Shown here piece by piece: positions 20,293 to 29,939 of a stretch of DNA of 64,000 nucleotides. Origin of the DNA: Candidatus Latescibacterota bacterium. GTDB taxonomy: Bacteria > Latescibacterota > UBA2968 > UBA8231. Below the pieces are notes generated by a model that searched no databases, had not been told where the DNA came from, and saw only the letters and a list, made by a program, of their open reading frames with translations. The number at the start of each line of letters is the position of its first letter. The first letter of the stretch is position 1. The position numbers and the translations under genes were made by a program. The stretch lies in assembly GCA_965200315.1 (NCBI GenBank), contig OZ241362.1:3008001-3072000 (forward strand), read 5' to 3'.

Positions 20293-20321
20293 GGAATTCC
20301 TTTGGGTTAGGCTGGTTATTG

Positions 20322-20393
20322 ACTGACGTTAGGCAGCCGCTCTGTAGGGGTGCGCCCTAGCGATTCAGAGGCATCCGACTGCGTAACGTTAGT
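20322..20393. mobile_element. 72-bp MITE-like element with 14-bp imperfect terminal inverted repeats and 5-bp flanking direct repeat
   Basis: ACTGACGTTAGGCA...TGCGTAACGTTAGT flanked by TATTG (20317-20321, 20394-20398); similar ends near 17367 and 57775. Confidence 0.6.
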
Positions 20394-20537
20394 TATTGAA
20401 TAATGGCTCGCGCTGTGGTCGGGCGCAAATGATCCGTTTGGCTGCCCTGTTTCGGCGAAATCGTTATACTTGCAGGGCAGAAGCCATCTCACAAATGCCA
20501 CCGGATTCCTAAGGCAGCCCTACGCTTATTAAACAAC

Positions 20538-20560
20538 GGACGACCCCAAGGGTCGCCTAC
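20538..20560 (-). repeat. GTAG-type REP palindrome
   Basis: Minus strand GTAGGCGACCCTTGGGGTCGTCC. Confidence 0.55.
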
Positions 20561-20612
20561 ATAACGGGGACAACTGCCGCTGCCAAACTCAGCCATTGCA
20601 AAGAAGGCAAAC

Positions 20613-21371
20613 ATGAATATAGGGCGGCTCGGTCTTTTGCTCGTGCCACAGGTGCTTTGCGCGGCCCCAAGTGCGGGGCAAGACACAGTGCCTGCGGCGC
20701 AGGCGCTATTGGAACAATTCGATGAGCTATACCGCTCTACGGGCACTGCGGCGCGGATGGAGATTAAAATTGAGCGCCCGAACAAGGTGCGGACGATGCG
20801 GATGCGCTCTTGGAGCCAAGGCGAAGACAAAGTACTGGTGGTCATTGACGCGCCCGCCCGCGACGCCGGCACGGCCACGCTGCGGGTCGGCAGCAATCTG
20901 TGGAACTACCTGCCCAAGATCGCGCGCACGATCCGCGTACCCCCGGCGCTGATGATGGGTGCGTGGATGGGCAGCGACCTGACCAACGACGACTTGGTGC
21001 GCGAGGCGTCCTACGCCCACGACTACGAGATTACAGGGGGCGGCCCCAGCGAAGAGCCGCCCGGCTGGCAGGTAGGGCTCACGGCCAAGCCCGAGGTGCC
21101 GGGTTTGTGGGAGCGGGTGGAGGTCGTCTTTGGGCGTGCAGAACAGTTACCTGTACTCGTGCGCTACTACGACCGCAAGGGACGGCTCTCGCGCACGATG
21201 CAGCTCGAAGAGATCAAAAAGATGGGGGAGCGGCGAATCCCCACCCGGATTGTGATTGTGCCCGAGCGCGAGGAAGGTCGGCGCACGGTATTGACCTATT
21301 TACACGTGGAATTCGACGTCGAGCTGGACGAGAGCCTCTTTAGCTTGGCGCAGTTGGAGCGCAGGCGCTAG
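20613..21371 (+). CDS. Outer membrane lipoprotein-sorting protein (LolA-like)
   Basis: APARDAGTATLR, LWNYLPK, WMGSDLTNDDL. Confidence 0.88.
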   Translation: MNIGRLGLLLVPQVLCAAPSAGQDTVPAAQALLEQFDELYRSTGTAARMEIKIERPNKVRTMRMRSWSQGEDKVLVVIDAPARDAGTATLRVGSNLWNYLPKIARTIRVPPALMMGAWMGSDLTNDDLVREASYAHDYEITGGGPSEEPPGWQVGLTAKPEVPGLWERVEVVFGRAEQLPVLVRYYDRKGRLSRTMQLEEIKKMGERRIPTRIVIVPEREEGRRTVLTYLHVEFDVELDESLFSLAQLERRR

Positions 21372-22610
21372 ATGGCCGCCAACAGCACCTTGCGCCTAGC
21401 TTGGCGCGGCTTGGGCCGCAATCGCAAGCGCGCGGCCTTGGCGATAGCGGCGATTGGGCTGGGGCAGTTTGCCTTTTTGGCCACGGCCGGAATCATGCGA
21501 GGCTATGCCGATCACTACTTCGATTCGGTGACCGGCCCTTTGGTGGGGCACGTGCAGATCGTGGCGCCGGGTTGGCGCGAGGAGCGAGCCGTCGATCAGA
21601 CGCTGGACAACGCTGAGGCCATGCTGGCGGCGATTCGCGGGCAGTCCCATGTGGCGCGGGCCGTGCCGAGGATTTACGCGCCGATATTGGCCGCGCTGGA
21701 AGAGGAAGGTTTTGTGGGGATGGTTGTAGGTGTCGATCCGGCACTAGAAGGGGTTGCGGACGGCCTGTTGGGCAGCGAAGAGCTGGCCGGCCTGTTGGGA
21801 GACGGCCGAGTGCTGGTGGGGAAAGGTTTGGCGCAGCAGCACGGCATTGAGGCCGGTGCCGAACTGGCCGTGGTAGGCCAAGACCTTGATGGCTCCATTG
21901 CCAGTGCGCTATACGAGGTAGCGGCGGTTGTCGAATCGCCGGTCGAGCTCGTCAACAGTACCGGCATCGTCGCTGAGCTACAAGACGTGCGGGCACTCCT
22001 GAGAATGGATGACGAAGCGCACGAGATTGCCGTCCGCTTGCACGAGGCCGAGCAGATAGATCAGGCCGCCGCCGCGCTCGGTGCGCAGCCAGCACTGCAA
22101 GGGGCAGAAATCAAGCGCTGGCACGAGGTCATACCGCAGCTAGCCGGGATCATCAAGATGATGGACATATATTCGCTCGTGGTTTTGGGGATCGTCTGCT
22201 TGGCGTCCATAGCCGGCATTGCCAATACCATGATGATGTCCACGTTTGAGCGCCGCCGCGAGTTGGGGATGTTGTTGGCACTGGGCGCGAATCCGGGCCG
22301 GCTCTTGAGGATGGTGGCGACCGAGGCCGTGCTGTTGGGTGCGTTGGGCGCGTTGCTGGGGACTGCGCTGGGCACATGTTTTGCGGAATTGACGGCTGGA
22401 TCGGGCTTTGACCTCGCCGAGTTGGGCGGCGAGGAGTCCTTTGAAATGGGGTTCCAAGGCGTCCAGATAGCCTCGCGGGTCTATCCCGAGGTGCGTGTAG
22501 GTGATGTATTGGCCGGCGTGTCGGCCGTGCTGGTGACGGCCCTTGCCGCCTGCGTCTGGCCGCTTTTGCACGTTGCGCGGCTGGAGCCGGTGGAGGCGAT
22601 GCGGACGTGA
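21372..22610 (+). CDS. ABC transporter permease (FtsX/MacB-like)
   Basis: LAWRGLGRNRKR, NTMMMSTFERRRELGMLLALG, LEPVEAMR. Confidence 0.92.
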   Translation: MAANSTLRLAWRGLGRNRKRAALAIAAIGLGQFAFLATAGIMRGYADHYFDSVTGPLVGHVQIVAPGWREERAVDQTLDNAEAMLAAIRGQSHVARAVPRIYAPILAALEEEGFVGMVVGVDPALEGVADGLLGSEELAGLLGDGRVLVGKGLAQQHGIEAGAELAVVGQDLDGSIASALYEVAAVVESPVELVNSTGIVAELQDVRALLRMDDEAHEIAVRLHEAEQIDQAAAALGAQPALQGAEIKRWHEVIPQLAGIIKMMDIYSLVVLGIVCLASIAGIANTMMMSTFERRRELGMLLALGANPGRLLRMVATEAVLLGALGALLGTALGTCFAELTAGSGFDLAELGGEESFEMGFQGVQIASRVYPEVRVGDVLAGVSAVLVTALAACVWPLLHVARLEPVEAMRT

Positions 22611-23869
22611 CTTCGGCAAGCTCAGTCGAGTCGAGTGGGAGTCTAGTGCTCCAATACGCCTTGCGCTCGCTGGGGCGCAGTCGCCGCCGGACGGGCCTGT
22701 CCATCCTCGGAGTGGGGCTAGGGTGTGCCATTGCGCTCTTTGCCACGGCCTTTATGCGCGGCGGCCAAACCATGCGGGTGCAGGCCATTTCCCAGAGCGG
22801 GTACGGCCACCTGCGGATCGCGCCCGCAGGCTGGGAGCAGAGCCGACGCGACGAGCTGCGCTTGCAGGATTCAGCGGCCGCGCTCGAAGCTGTGCGCGGC
22901 CTCGAAGGCGTAGCCGTAGTGGCCGCCCATGTGCGAGTGCAGGGCCTGTTGGCTTTTGGTACGCGGGTGGCCGGCGTCCAGCTTTTGGGCGTGGACCCAG
23001 CCGCTGAGCCGCGGCTCAACAGATTGGTGCGCACCATCGACGAGGGGCGTTACCTGCAAGCAGGCGACGAGGGCGCAGTGGTCGTCGGCAAGGCCCTTGT
23101 CGAGCGTTTGGACGTAGAATTGGGAGATGATCTGCTGTTGACGCTGACGCGCGCCGACGGGGAGATGGAGTACGCGATGTTGCGGATCGTCGGAATCGTA
23201 TCTACCGGCAGCCGCACGATCGACGAGACCATCTGCCACGCGATGCTCGCCGATGTCGAGAAGATGACGGGCCTGAAGGGTGTAGCCGAGGTGTCGGTAG
23301 CCTTCGCGGACCCGCAACAGGTGGCTGCGCTCTCAGCCGAGCTGGCGCAGCGAGTGCAAGGCGACGAAGTGCTCACGTGGCGCGAGGTGCTGCCGGCGAT
23401 GGGCGGTGATGAGGCGGCCGACCAGGCCTTTTCCAACTTTTTTATTGTAATCGTGGCCGCGGTGGTAATTTTAGGCGTGGCGAGTGCCCAACTGACGGCC
23501 ATGCTGGAAAGGAGGCGCGAGTTTGCGGTGCTGATGGCACTGGGACTCGGAGAATTCAAGCTCGTGAGCTTGGTACTTTTCGAGGCCGTATTCATGGGTG
23601 CGCTCGGTGCGCTCTTGGGCCTGTTGCTGGCGTTGCCGCTCGTTTGGCACACGGCGACTGCGGGGATTGATTTTTCCGCGGCGATGGGCGACGATATGAC
23701 GGTCATGGGGGTCTTCTTCGACCCGGTAATCTACTCGGACATGGGGCTGTGGATGCTGCCCTACGCCTTCGGCTTGGGGCTTTGTGCGACGCTTTTGGCC
23801 GCACTGTATCCGGCTTGGTCTGCCACGCGCTTGGATCCAGCGGCGGCCCTGAGCCAGCGGGATGCGTGA
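22607..23869 (+). CDS. ABC transporter permease (FtsX/MacB-like)
   Basis: ALRSLGRSRRRT, MLERRREFAVLMALG, LYPAWSATRLDP. Confidence 0.92.
   Translation: MTSASSVESSGSLVLQYALRSLGRSRRRTGLSILGVGLGCAIALFATAFMRGGQTMRVQAISQSGYGHLRIAPAGWEQSRRDELRLQDSAAALEAVRGLEGVAVVAAHVRVQGLLAFGTRVAGVQLLGVDPAAEPRLNRLVRTIDEGRYLQAGDEGAVVVGKALVERLDVELGDDLLLTLTRADGEMEYAMLRIVGIVSTGSRTIDETICHAMLADVEKMTGLKGVAEVSVAFADPQQVAALSAELAQRVQGDEVLTWREVLPAMGGDEAADQAFSNFFIVIVAAVVILGVASAQLTAMLERRREFAVLMALGLGEFKLVSLVLFEAVFMGALGALLGLLLALPLVWHTATAGIDFSAAMGDDMTVMGVFFDPVIYSDMGLWMLPYAFGLGLCATLLAALYPAWSATRLDPAAALSQRDA
22609..22632 (-). repeat. 24-bp palindromic element inserted in frame at the permease start (TSASSVES; DSTELAEV on the opposite strand)
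   Basis: GACTTCGGCAAGCTCAGTCGAGTC; removing it restores GTG AGT GGG. Confidence 0.75.
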
Positions 23870-24333
23870 TATAGCAATCCTAGGTGAACGCAGATGGACG
23901 CTGAATAGTATGCACAAGACGGTCTACCGCTTGAATCGTTCAAATTATTCCGGATTGCTGGATTGCTATAGCCATCCTACCTCATTCGTGCGATGCGGCG
24001 CATCGCGGGGTGCGCGGGCGTCTCGCCCGCAGGCTGGCCCCCCAAGGACGTACGCATGGACCACCAAGCACCGGCCGGTGCCAAAACGACGAGAGCACAA
24101 CCCGGCAAGCACCACAAGTCGTGTAGGATGGCTATATAGCGGCCATCAGAAGCACTTTTACCGCGCCCGGCGGGCGGCAGGGCGTCGCGTCGCTTGGGAG
24201 TGTGGCGTATTTCGAGGGCAGGATGCCCTCGATCCCGGGGGGGTTGCGCCGGGGGCTCGACCGAACCGGGTGCGCTCCGGTGCGCCGCGTCCGTCGTGTA
24301 GGATTGCTATATGAATGATGTAGGATGGCTATA
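23870..24333. mobile_element. Stack of MITE-like elements with TATAGC(A/C)ATCCTA terminal inverted repeats inside the ABC operon
   Basis: Units about 23870-23970, 23967-24136 and 24133-24311 plus an orphan end to 24333; internal hairpins GCGGGCG-TCT-CGCCCGC and GAGGGCA-GGA-TGCCCTC; homologous to 57416-57668. Confidence 0.75.
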
Positions 24334-24334
24334 T

Positions 24335-25036
24335 ATGGATAAAGTGCTAATAGCCGCTCAAGGCGTGAAGAAGGTCTTTCGGGCGGGCGATATTGCCGTA
24401 GAGGCCCTGCGCGGAATAGACCTCGAAATCGGCAGCGGGGAGTTCATGGCCATCGTCGGGCCGAGCGGCAGCGGCAAGACGACGCTACTCAACCTAATCG
24501 GTGCCCTCGACGTGCCCACCGGCGGGTGCATTGCGCTCCTTGGCCGCGACTTGGGGCTGCTGAGCCGTAGCGAGCGGGCCGAGCTGCGGCTCCGATCTTT
24601 GGGCTTTGTGTTCCAGGCCTACAACTTGGTGCCGGTGTTGACGGCGCGCGAAAACGTGGAGTTCGTGCTAGAGTTGCAGGGCATGGATCCAAAAAAGCGG
24701 CGTGTGCGAGCCGAGGAGACGCTAACTGAATTGGGGCTAGGCGAGCTCGCCCACCGGCGGCCCAGCCAGATGTCGGGTGGCCAGCAGCAACGGGTGGCTG
24801 TGGCGCGGGCCGTGGCCTCGCGGCCGGGCTTGGTGCTCGCCGACGAGCCGACGGCCAACCTCGACAGCGACAACGCGCAGGCTCTTTTGCAGATGATGCG
24901 GCGGCTCCGCGACGAGATGGGTATGACCTTTGTCTTTTCGACGCACGACCCTTTGGTGGTTTCGTATGCCTCGCGGGTGGTTACTTTGCGCGATGGCGAG
25001 GTGCTAAGCGACGAGCGCAAGAGTGCATGCGGCTGA
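24335..25036 (+). CDS. ABC transporter ATP-binding protein (LolD-like)
   Basis: GPSGSGKT, MSGGQQQRVAVARA, ADEPT. Confidence 0.95.
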   Translation: MDKVLIAAQGVKKVFRAGDIAVEALRGIDLEIGSGEFMAIVGPSGSGKTTLLNLIGALDVPTGGCIALLGRDLGLLSRSERAELRLRSLGFVFQAYNLVPVLTARENVEFVLELQGMDPKKRRVRAEETLTELGLGELAHRRPSQMSGGQQQRVAVARAVASRPGLVLADEPTANLDSDNAQALLQMMRRLRDEMGMTFVFSTHDPLVVSYASRVVTLRDGEVLSDERKSACG

Positions 25037-26244
25037 CGCTGGCAGTTCTCTTGGCGGCGCAGCCCGCGTTTGGCATCAGCCTGTGGTCGAGTGCTGACGG
25101 GAGTCGCTACTGGGCGCTGGATACCGCTCTGAAGTGGACCATGCTTTCGTCGCACGCCCCCGACGCGCCGCTGTTGTACCCCAAGCGCTGGAGCGCGGCC
25201 GCACTGGGGCGAGGGCGGCTGGCGCTGCGAGGCCAAGCCGCGACGGATTTGCACGTGCGCTTGGCCTACGAGCAACGGGTGCGGGCGGTTTCTACAGGTG
25301 CGGGTGCTGGCGGGGGCACAGGTATCTTGGTGCCGGAAAGCCGTGCGCCCTATCGGCTCAGACCGCTCGATGATGCGCTGGCTACGGGCGAGAATATCGC
25401 CTACCGGCACGAGCTAGACCGCGCATTTGTCGCTTGGCGCTTGGGGCGTGGCGAGCTGCAAATCGGCCGCCAAGCCATTGGGTGGGGGCGCGGTGTACTC
25501 TTTGGCGCAGTGGATATTTTCGCGCCGTTTAATCCCTTAGAAAGCGATCGCGAGTGGCGGCGCGGAGTCGATGCGCTGCGCGTTTCCGTGCCGCTTGCGG
25601 ATCGCTTTTCGCTAGACGCGGTAGCGGCCTGCGGCGAGTCGGTTGCAGAATCGGCCTTTGTGGGGCGGCTCTACGGTCACAGTGGTGCGCTCGACGGCGA
25701 ACTGCTGCTGGGGCGTCGCCGCGGCGATCGCTTTGTCGGCACAGCCGCATCCATGCGGGTCGGGGGCGCTGAGATGCACGGCGAATTGGCGTCGTTCAAA
25801 ACGCCCGCCACAGAAGGGGGTGAGGTGGTGCTCAAGGCGCTTTTGGGCGGCTCGTACGCGTGGGACACCCAAGGCGGCCTGTTACTTGTGGGCGAATATC
25901 ACTTTTCGGGCTTTGGCGTCAGCGACATGGCCGAGCTAGCTGCAGCTCCTTATCTAACGCGTCTGCTCCAAGGAGACGTGCAGATCTTGGGGCGGCACGC
26001 CGGTGCCTTGCAGCTATCGCAGGGAATCACCGGCACCCTGCCGAGGACGCTAAGTTGGCTCTTCTCGCCAATAGATGGCTCTGGGGTGCTAACGGGCGTG
26101 GTGACGTGGATTTTCTCCGACGCGCTGACGCTAGCGGCTAGCGCGTACTGGCCCTATGGGGAAAGGCCGAGTGGAACTGCCTTGCGGAGCGAGTACGGAG
26201 GAGGGGCGAAGAGTGGGTTATTGCAGATTAGTTTTTACTATTGA
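25027..26244 (+). CDS. Putative outer-membrane protein of the LolA-like/ABC operon
   Basis: Signal peptide, ELDRAF, IGRQAIGWG, GVDALR, terminal aromatic residues. Confidence 0.7.
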   Translation: MRLTLAVLLAAQPAFGISLWSSADGSRYWALDTALKWTMLSSHAPDAPLLYPKRWSAAALGRGRLALRGQAATDLHVRLAYEQRVRAVSTGAGAGGGTGILVPESRAPYRLRPLDDALATGENIAYRHELDRAFVAWRLGRGELQIGRQAIGWGRGVLFGAVDIFAPFNPLESDREWRRGVDALRVSVPLADRFSLDAVAACGESVAESAFVGRLYGHSGALDGELLLGRRRGDRFVGTAASMRVGGAEMHGELASFKTPATEGGEVVLKALLGGSYAWDTQGGLLLVGEYHFSGFGVSDMAELAAAPYLTRLLQGDVQILGRHAGALQLSQGITGTLPRTLSWLFSPIDGSGVLTGVVTWIFSDALTLAASAYWPYGERPSGTALRSEYGGGAKSGLLQISFYY

Positions 26245-26293
26245 TGGAGCCTCCGTAGTTATAGGCCGGTAACTCCTCCTGGTGCGCTAAGCG

Positions 26294-27640
26294 TCAGGCG
26301 CGGCTTTGCAAAAGCGCGGCGATTTCGGCGTGGCCCTGTTGCTCGGCCCAAGCCAGCGGGGCCGTCCATGGCGCACCCGCCAGCGGCTCGACCGAGGCTC
26401 CGTGCTCCAAGAGCAAAGCGGCGAGCTTGGCCAAGCCGTAGCGGCAGGCGTGGCCCAGAGGCGTGGACTGGAGTTCGTCGTCGCGGGTTTCCAAGTCGGC
26501 ACCATAGTCTAGGAGCAATTCGGCGAACGGGAGCTTCTCTTCGTCGGCCCAGTGCGAAGTCTCGCCGGCCAAGCGATGTAGGAGCGTCATGTTCTTGGCG
26601 TCTGTGGCCTTGGGGTCGGCCCCTTGGGCGAGCATCAGGCGCAGGATTTCGACTTTGTCGGCGTGTTCGTCGCCTTGGCCGTTAGCATAGCGGCGCATGG
26701 CTTGTCCACGCCGGCCGCGCAACGGCTGATAAAGCGTCCTGAACGGATCCATGCCCGACATATCGTAGCGGTAACATAGCCGCACGAGGGCGACGTTGCC
26801 GCTGAGGGCCGCGCCCCAGAGGATTTCGCTGGCCAGCTCGGGCTTGAGGTGCATGACTTCGGCGGGCACGGCCATGCGTCCGCAGAGCGCAGCGGCGACG
26901 GCAAAGCTGTGGCCACCATAGCTGTAGATTAGGTCGAGAATCGCGTCGTTGTCGTTTTCCATAGCACGTTCGGCGGCTGGACCGCTGGCAAAGACATAGG
27001 CGTTGGGATCGGCCCCGGCGGCCAAGAGCCGCTGGCAGACCTCGTAGTGATTACCTTTGGCGGCTCGCCACAGCGGGATGCCGGCGTTGTTATAGATGCC
27101 TTCGTCGCCGAGGTCGAGATCTTCGGGGGCATCTGGGTCAGCCCCGTGGTCGAGGAGTAGAGCCACCATCTCGGCAAAGCCCTTTTCCGCGGCGACGGTG
27201 AGCGGATGAGACGGGTGGTCGGCGAGGGTTGGATCGGCGGCCAGCAGGGCGCGGGCTTGGTCGAGGTCGTTGGCCGCGGCAGCCGCAAAGAGCGCCGGCC
27301 CCGGCCCGACGGCCGGCTCGGCGGCTGGTTGCCGAGCGAGGAAATCCTCGATCAGGGCCACGATCTTGGGGTAGCCGCGGGCGCAGGCGTAGGCGAGGGC
27401 ACTGGTGGCGCGGCGGTTGGGGTACACGCCGCGCCGGGGGTCGGCCCCGGCAGCTAAGAGCGCGGCAACTATCTCGGCGTACCCCTCGCGGGCGGCGAAC
27501 TGGATCGCCAACTGGCCGTTTTGGGTGATGGGCTGGCGGGCGAGCAGAGCGTTTTGGTCAAGTATCTCCTCGACTTGGGCTAGATCGCCTGCTTGGGCGG
27601 CATCACACAACTGTTGCACGGTCGGCGTTTGCTCGGCCAT
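26294..27640 (-). CDS. Ankyrin repeat protein
   Basis: Multiple TPLxxA / LLxxGADP repeats. Confidence 0.9.
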   Translation of the reverse strand: MAEQTPTVQQLCDAAQAGDLAQVEEILDQNALLARQPITQNGQLAIQFAAREGYAEIVAALLAAGADPRRGVYPNRRATSALAYACARGYPKIVALIEDFLARQPAAEPAVGPGPALFAAAAANDLDQARALLAADPTLADHPSHPLTVAAEKGFAEMVALLLDHGADPDAPEDLDLGDEGIYNNAGIPLWRAAKGNHYEVCQRLLAAGADPNAYVFASGPAAERAMENDNDAILDLIYSYGGHSFAVAAALCGRMAVPAEVMHLKPELASEILWGAALSGNVALVRLCYRYDMSGMDPFRTLYQPLRGRRGQAMRRYANGQGDEHADKVEILRLMLAQGADPKATDAKNMTLLHRLAGETSHWADEEKLPFAELLLDYGADLETRDDELQSTPLGHACRYGLAKLAALLLEHGASVEPLAGAPWTAPLAWAEQQGHAEIAALLQSRA

Positions 27641-27732
27641 GGTGCGTTCCTTTCTGTTAAAAGTTTCTGGCGATACTAGCCGGCCGATATAACCGCCGCA
27701 AGCGTTTTTTCCTCCCCTAAGCAGAGGTGTTG

Positions 27733-27756
27733 ATGGCGATAATCACCGTCATTGGC
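27733..27756 (+). repeat. 24-bp direct repeat, copy 1 (orphan first 8 codons of the sulfotransferase gene)
   Basis: ATGGCGATAATCACCGTCATTGGC is identical to 28383-28406. Confidence 0.9.
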
Positions 27757-27773
27757 TGCGCCCTCAGCAGGGC

Positions 27774-28266
27774 TTAGCTGTGGCCAAAGAGCGCATAGAG
27801 AGGCAAAAAAACGAGCTTTTGTTCGGGAAGGATCGATACATTGGCCGTTGAAAACACCAAGCCCGCATCAGTGCTTTCGCGTTCCTGTAGGAAGAGGCGC
27901 ATACTCCGCAAGCGGCCCGCTGGCCCACTCTTGACTTCCAATGGCACTATTTTCCCTCTATCATCTACCAATAAGTAATCCACTTCTGCGCTGCGCCGCA
28001 GAGGTGTTGTGCCATACCGATGTCGAGAAAGAGGTGCTTGAACACTTGGCACCACAGAGTGCCCGATGCACCTCGGTCGCTGCGGCAACCGAGCGCGTCT
28101 CAGCGAAGGTACGCACCGCTTCGGGCATACCTCCGACCGCGAAGTACAGGCGCAGATAACCGAGCAATTTCTCGTGGATAGCCGTCGGCACGGGTGAGCG
28201 AGCGTCCATCGCGGGCAGATGTGCGCACAGAATCTCCTCGCCTTGCGCCGCGGGCGGTTTTTCCAA
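27774..28266 (-). pseudogene. Fragmented AAA_14/DUF4143 ATPase remnant
   Basis: YFAVGGMPEAV in one frame and AEVDYLL...VPLEVKSG...LPLY in another; most of the gene is missing. Confidence 0.75.
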
Positions 28267-28382
28267 GTGCTGAGCTTGTTGTCGACTAGGCGGTTCAATG
28301 TATTATTACAAGGTAATTTATCCTGTTGTGCTGTTGTGCCCCTTGAGGCCAACAATCTATTCCCTAACTCTGAGGAACAGGT

Positions 28383-29108
28383 ATGGCGATAATCACCGTC
28401 ATTGGCCGCGGCCACTCGGGTACGCGAGCCATAGCACACACGCTCTATGCCAGCGGCGTTTTTATGGGCAACACGCTCAATCGCTCGGGCGACAAGGTGC
28501 CGCCCCACGCGCTCTACGCCGCCTGTCGGGTCATGGCCAAATACGTCAAGTGGAAGGGGGGCTTGGAGTGGGATTTTGACGATTTGCACAGCGCGAAAAT
28601 CGACCCGGAGTTCGAGGACTTGATCGGCGAATACCTGCAAGACGTTGCGGCCGACCGCTCGGAGCACAAGGGTTGGAAGCTGCCCGAGACGACCCTGATT
28701 TACCCGTGGATTGTGCGGATGTTTCCCGACATCCACTACATTCACTGGATTCGCGACCCGCGCGACAGCATCATTGGCGCTCACAAGACCGACGACCTTG
28801 CGGATTTTGGCATAGAGTACGAGCGCACGGACGACATCCGGCGGCGGCGGGCCATTTCGTGGAAATACCAATACGAGCTGATGAAGGCCACGCCCAAACC
28901 AGAAAAGTGGATGTTGGTGCGATTCGAGGATTTCGTGCTGAAGCAGGAGGACGTGTTGCGGGAACTGGAGGACTTTTTGGGATTTGAGTTGGGTCGGATC
29001 GTGGTGCGGCCGGAGTCGCTTGGGAGGTGGAAAACGGACCGAGAGCAGCACACCTTTGACTTTTTTAGGGATGCCATGAACGAAAACGGATACGGAGAGA
29101 TGCCATGA
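28383..29108 (+). CDS. Sulfotransferase family protein
   Basis: IGRGHSGT (PAPS-binding loop), GWKLP, IRDPRDSI, VRFEDFV. Confidence 0.85.
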   Translation: MAIITVIGRGHSGTRAIAHTLYASGVFMGNTLNRSGDKVPPHALYAACRVMAKYVKWKGGLEWDFDDLHSAKIDPEFEDLIGEYLQDVAADRSEHKGWKLPETTLIYPWIVRMFPDIHYIHWIRDPRDSIIGAHKTDDLADFGIEYERTDDIRRRRAISWKYQYELMKATPKPEKWMLVRFEDFVLKQEDVLRELEDFLGFELGRIVVRPESLGRWKTDREQHTFDFFRDAMNENGYGEMP

Positions 29109-29932
29109 AAATCAGCTTTACGACGTTGGGGTGCCCAGACTGGGACTTGGACACCATTTGCCGCCGGGGCCGCGAATACGGCTACGACGGCGTCGATTTC
29201 CGCGGGTTGCAGGAGACGATGGACATTACCCAATTGCCGGCCTTCACCAGCGGAGCCGCCCAAACTCGACGCCAGCTAGCAGACGCCGGCATGGAGGTGT
29301 CGGGAATTAGCTCCAGCATCCGGGTCTGTGTGCCGGAGAAGTTAGAGGAGAACGTAGAGGAGGCGCGGCACTCGATTCCGGTGGCCAATGAGTTGGGCTG
29401 CGGCTCTATCCGAGTTTTTGGCGGCGGCGATTCCAAGACCTATTCCAAGGAGGAGCTGGCCGACATCGGGCGGGAGACGATGGAACAGATCCTCGCATTG
29501 GATGGTGCCTGCCAGCTCAAGTGGCTTTTTGAGACCCACGACGAGTGGATCAAGTCGGTGGAGTGCAAGCTGCTGCTCGACCGCATTCCCAACGAGGCAT
29601 TCGGCGTACTCTGGGACATGGGTCATACGGCACGGGTGGGCGAGGAGTCGCCGGAGCAGACCTATCAGGCGGTGGGGCCGCGCATCGGTTATACCCACGT
29701 CAAAGACGCCGTCTATGATCCCGAGCACACCGAGGCGATGAAGGACGGTTGGCGCTACGTGCCGCCGGGCGCGGGCCAGTTGCCCTTAGAAGAGGCGCTA
29801 GCCCTGCTCAAAGGGCACGGGTACGACGGCTGGATCATGTTTGAGCACGAGAAGCGCTGGCACCCCGAACTAGCGGCTCCAGAGGAGATATTCCCAATTT
29901 TTCCGGCTTGGGTCAGACCGTTGCTCGGTTAG
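29105..29932 (+). CDS. Sugar phosphate isomerase/epimerase (TIM barrel)
   Basis: FTTLGCPDW, ETHD, WDMGH, HVKD, EHEKRWHP. Confidence 0.9.
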   Translation: MKISFTTLGCPDWDLDTICRRGREYGYDGVDFRGLQETMDITQLPAFTSGAAQTRRQLADAGMEVSGISSSIRVCVPEKLEENVEEARHSIPVANELGCGSIRVFGGGDSKTYSKEELADIGRETMEQILALDGACQLKWLFETHDEWIKSVECKLLLDRIPNEAFGVLWDMGHTARVGEESPEQTYQAVGPRIGYTHVKDAVYDPEHTEAMKDGWRYVPPGAGQLPLEEALALLKGHGYDGWIMFEHEKRWHPELAAPEEIFPIFPAWVRPLLG

Positions 29933-29939
29933 CCGGCCC

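Noticed and set aside
23870-24333. Recurrent TAGGATxGCTATA motifs as a CRISPR array, and ORF 23862-24314
   Set aside because: The motifs occur in both orientations with irregular spacing, which fits element termini; the ORF has no recognisable protein features
27774-29051. 425-aa minus-strand ORF
   Set aside because: Mostly antisense shadow of the sulfotransferase; only the last roughly 75 aa are a real DUF4143 fragment
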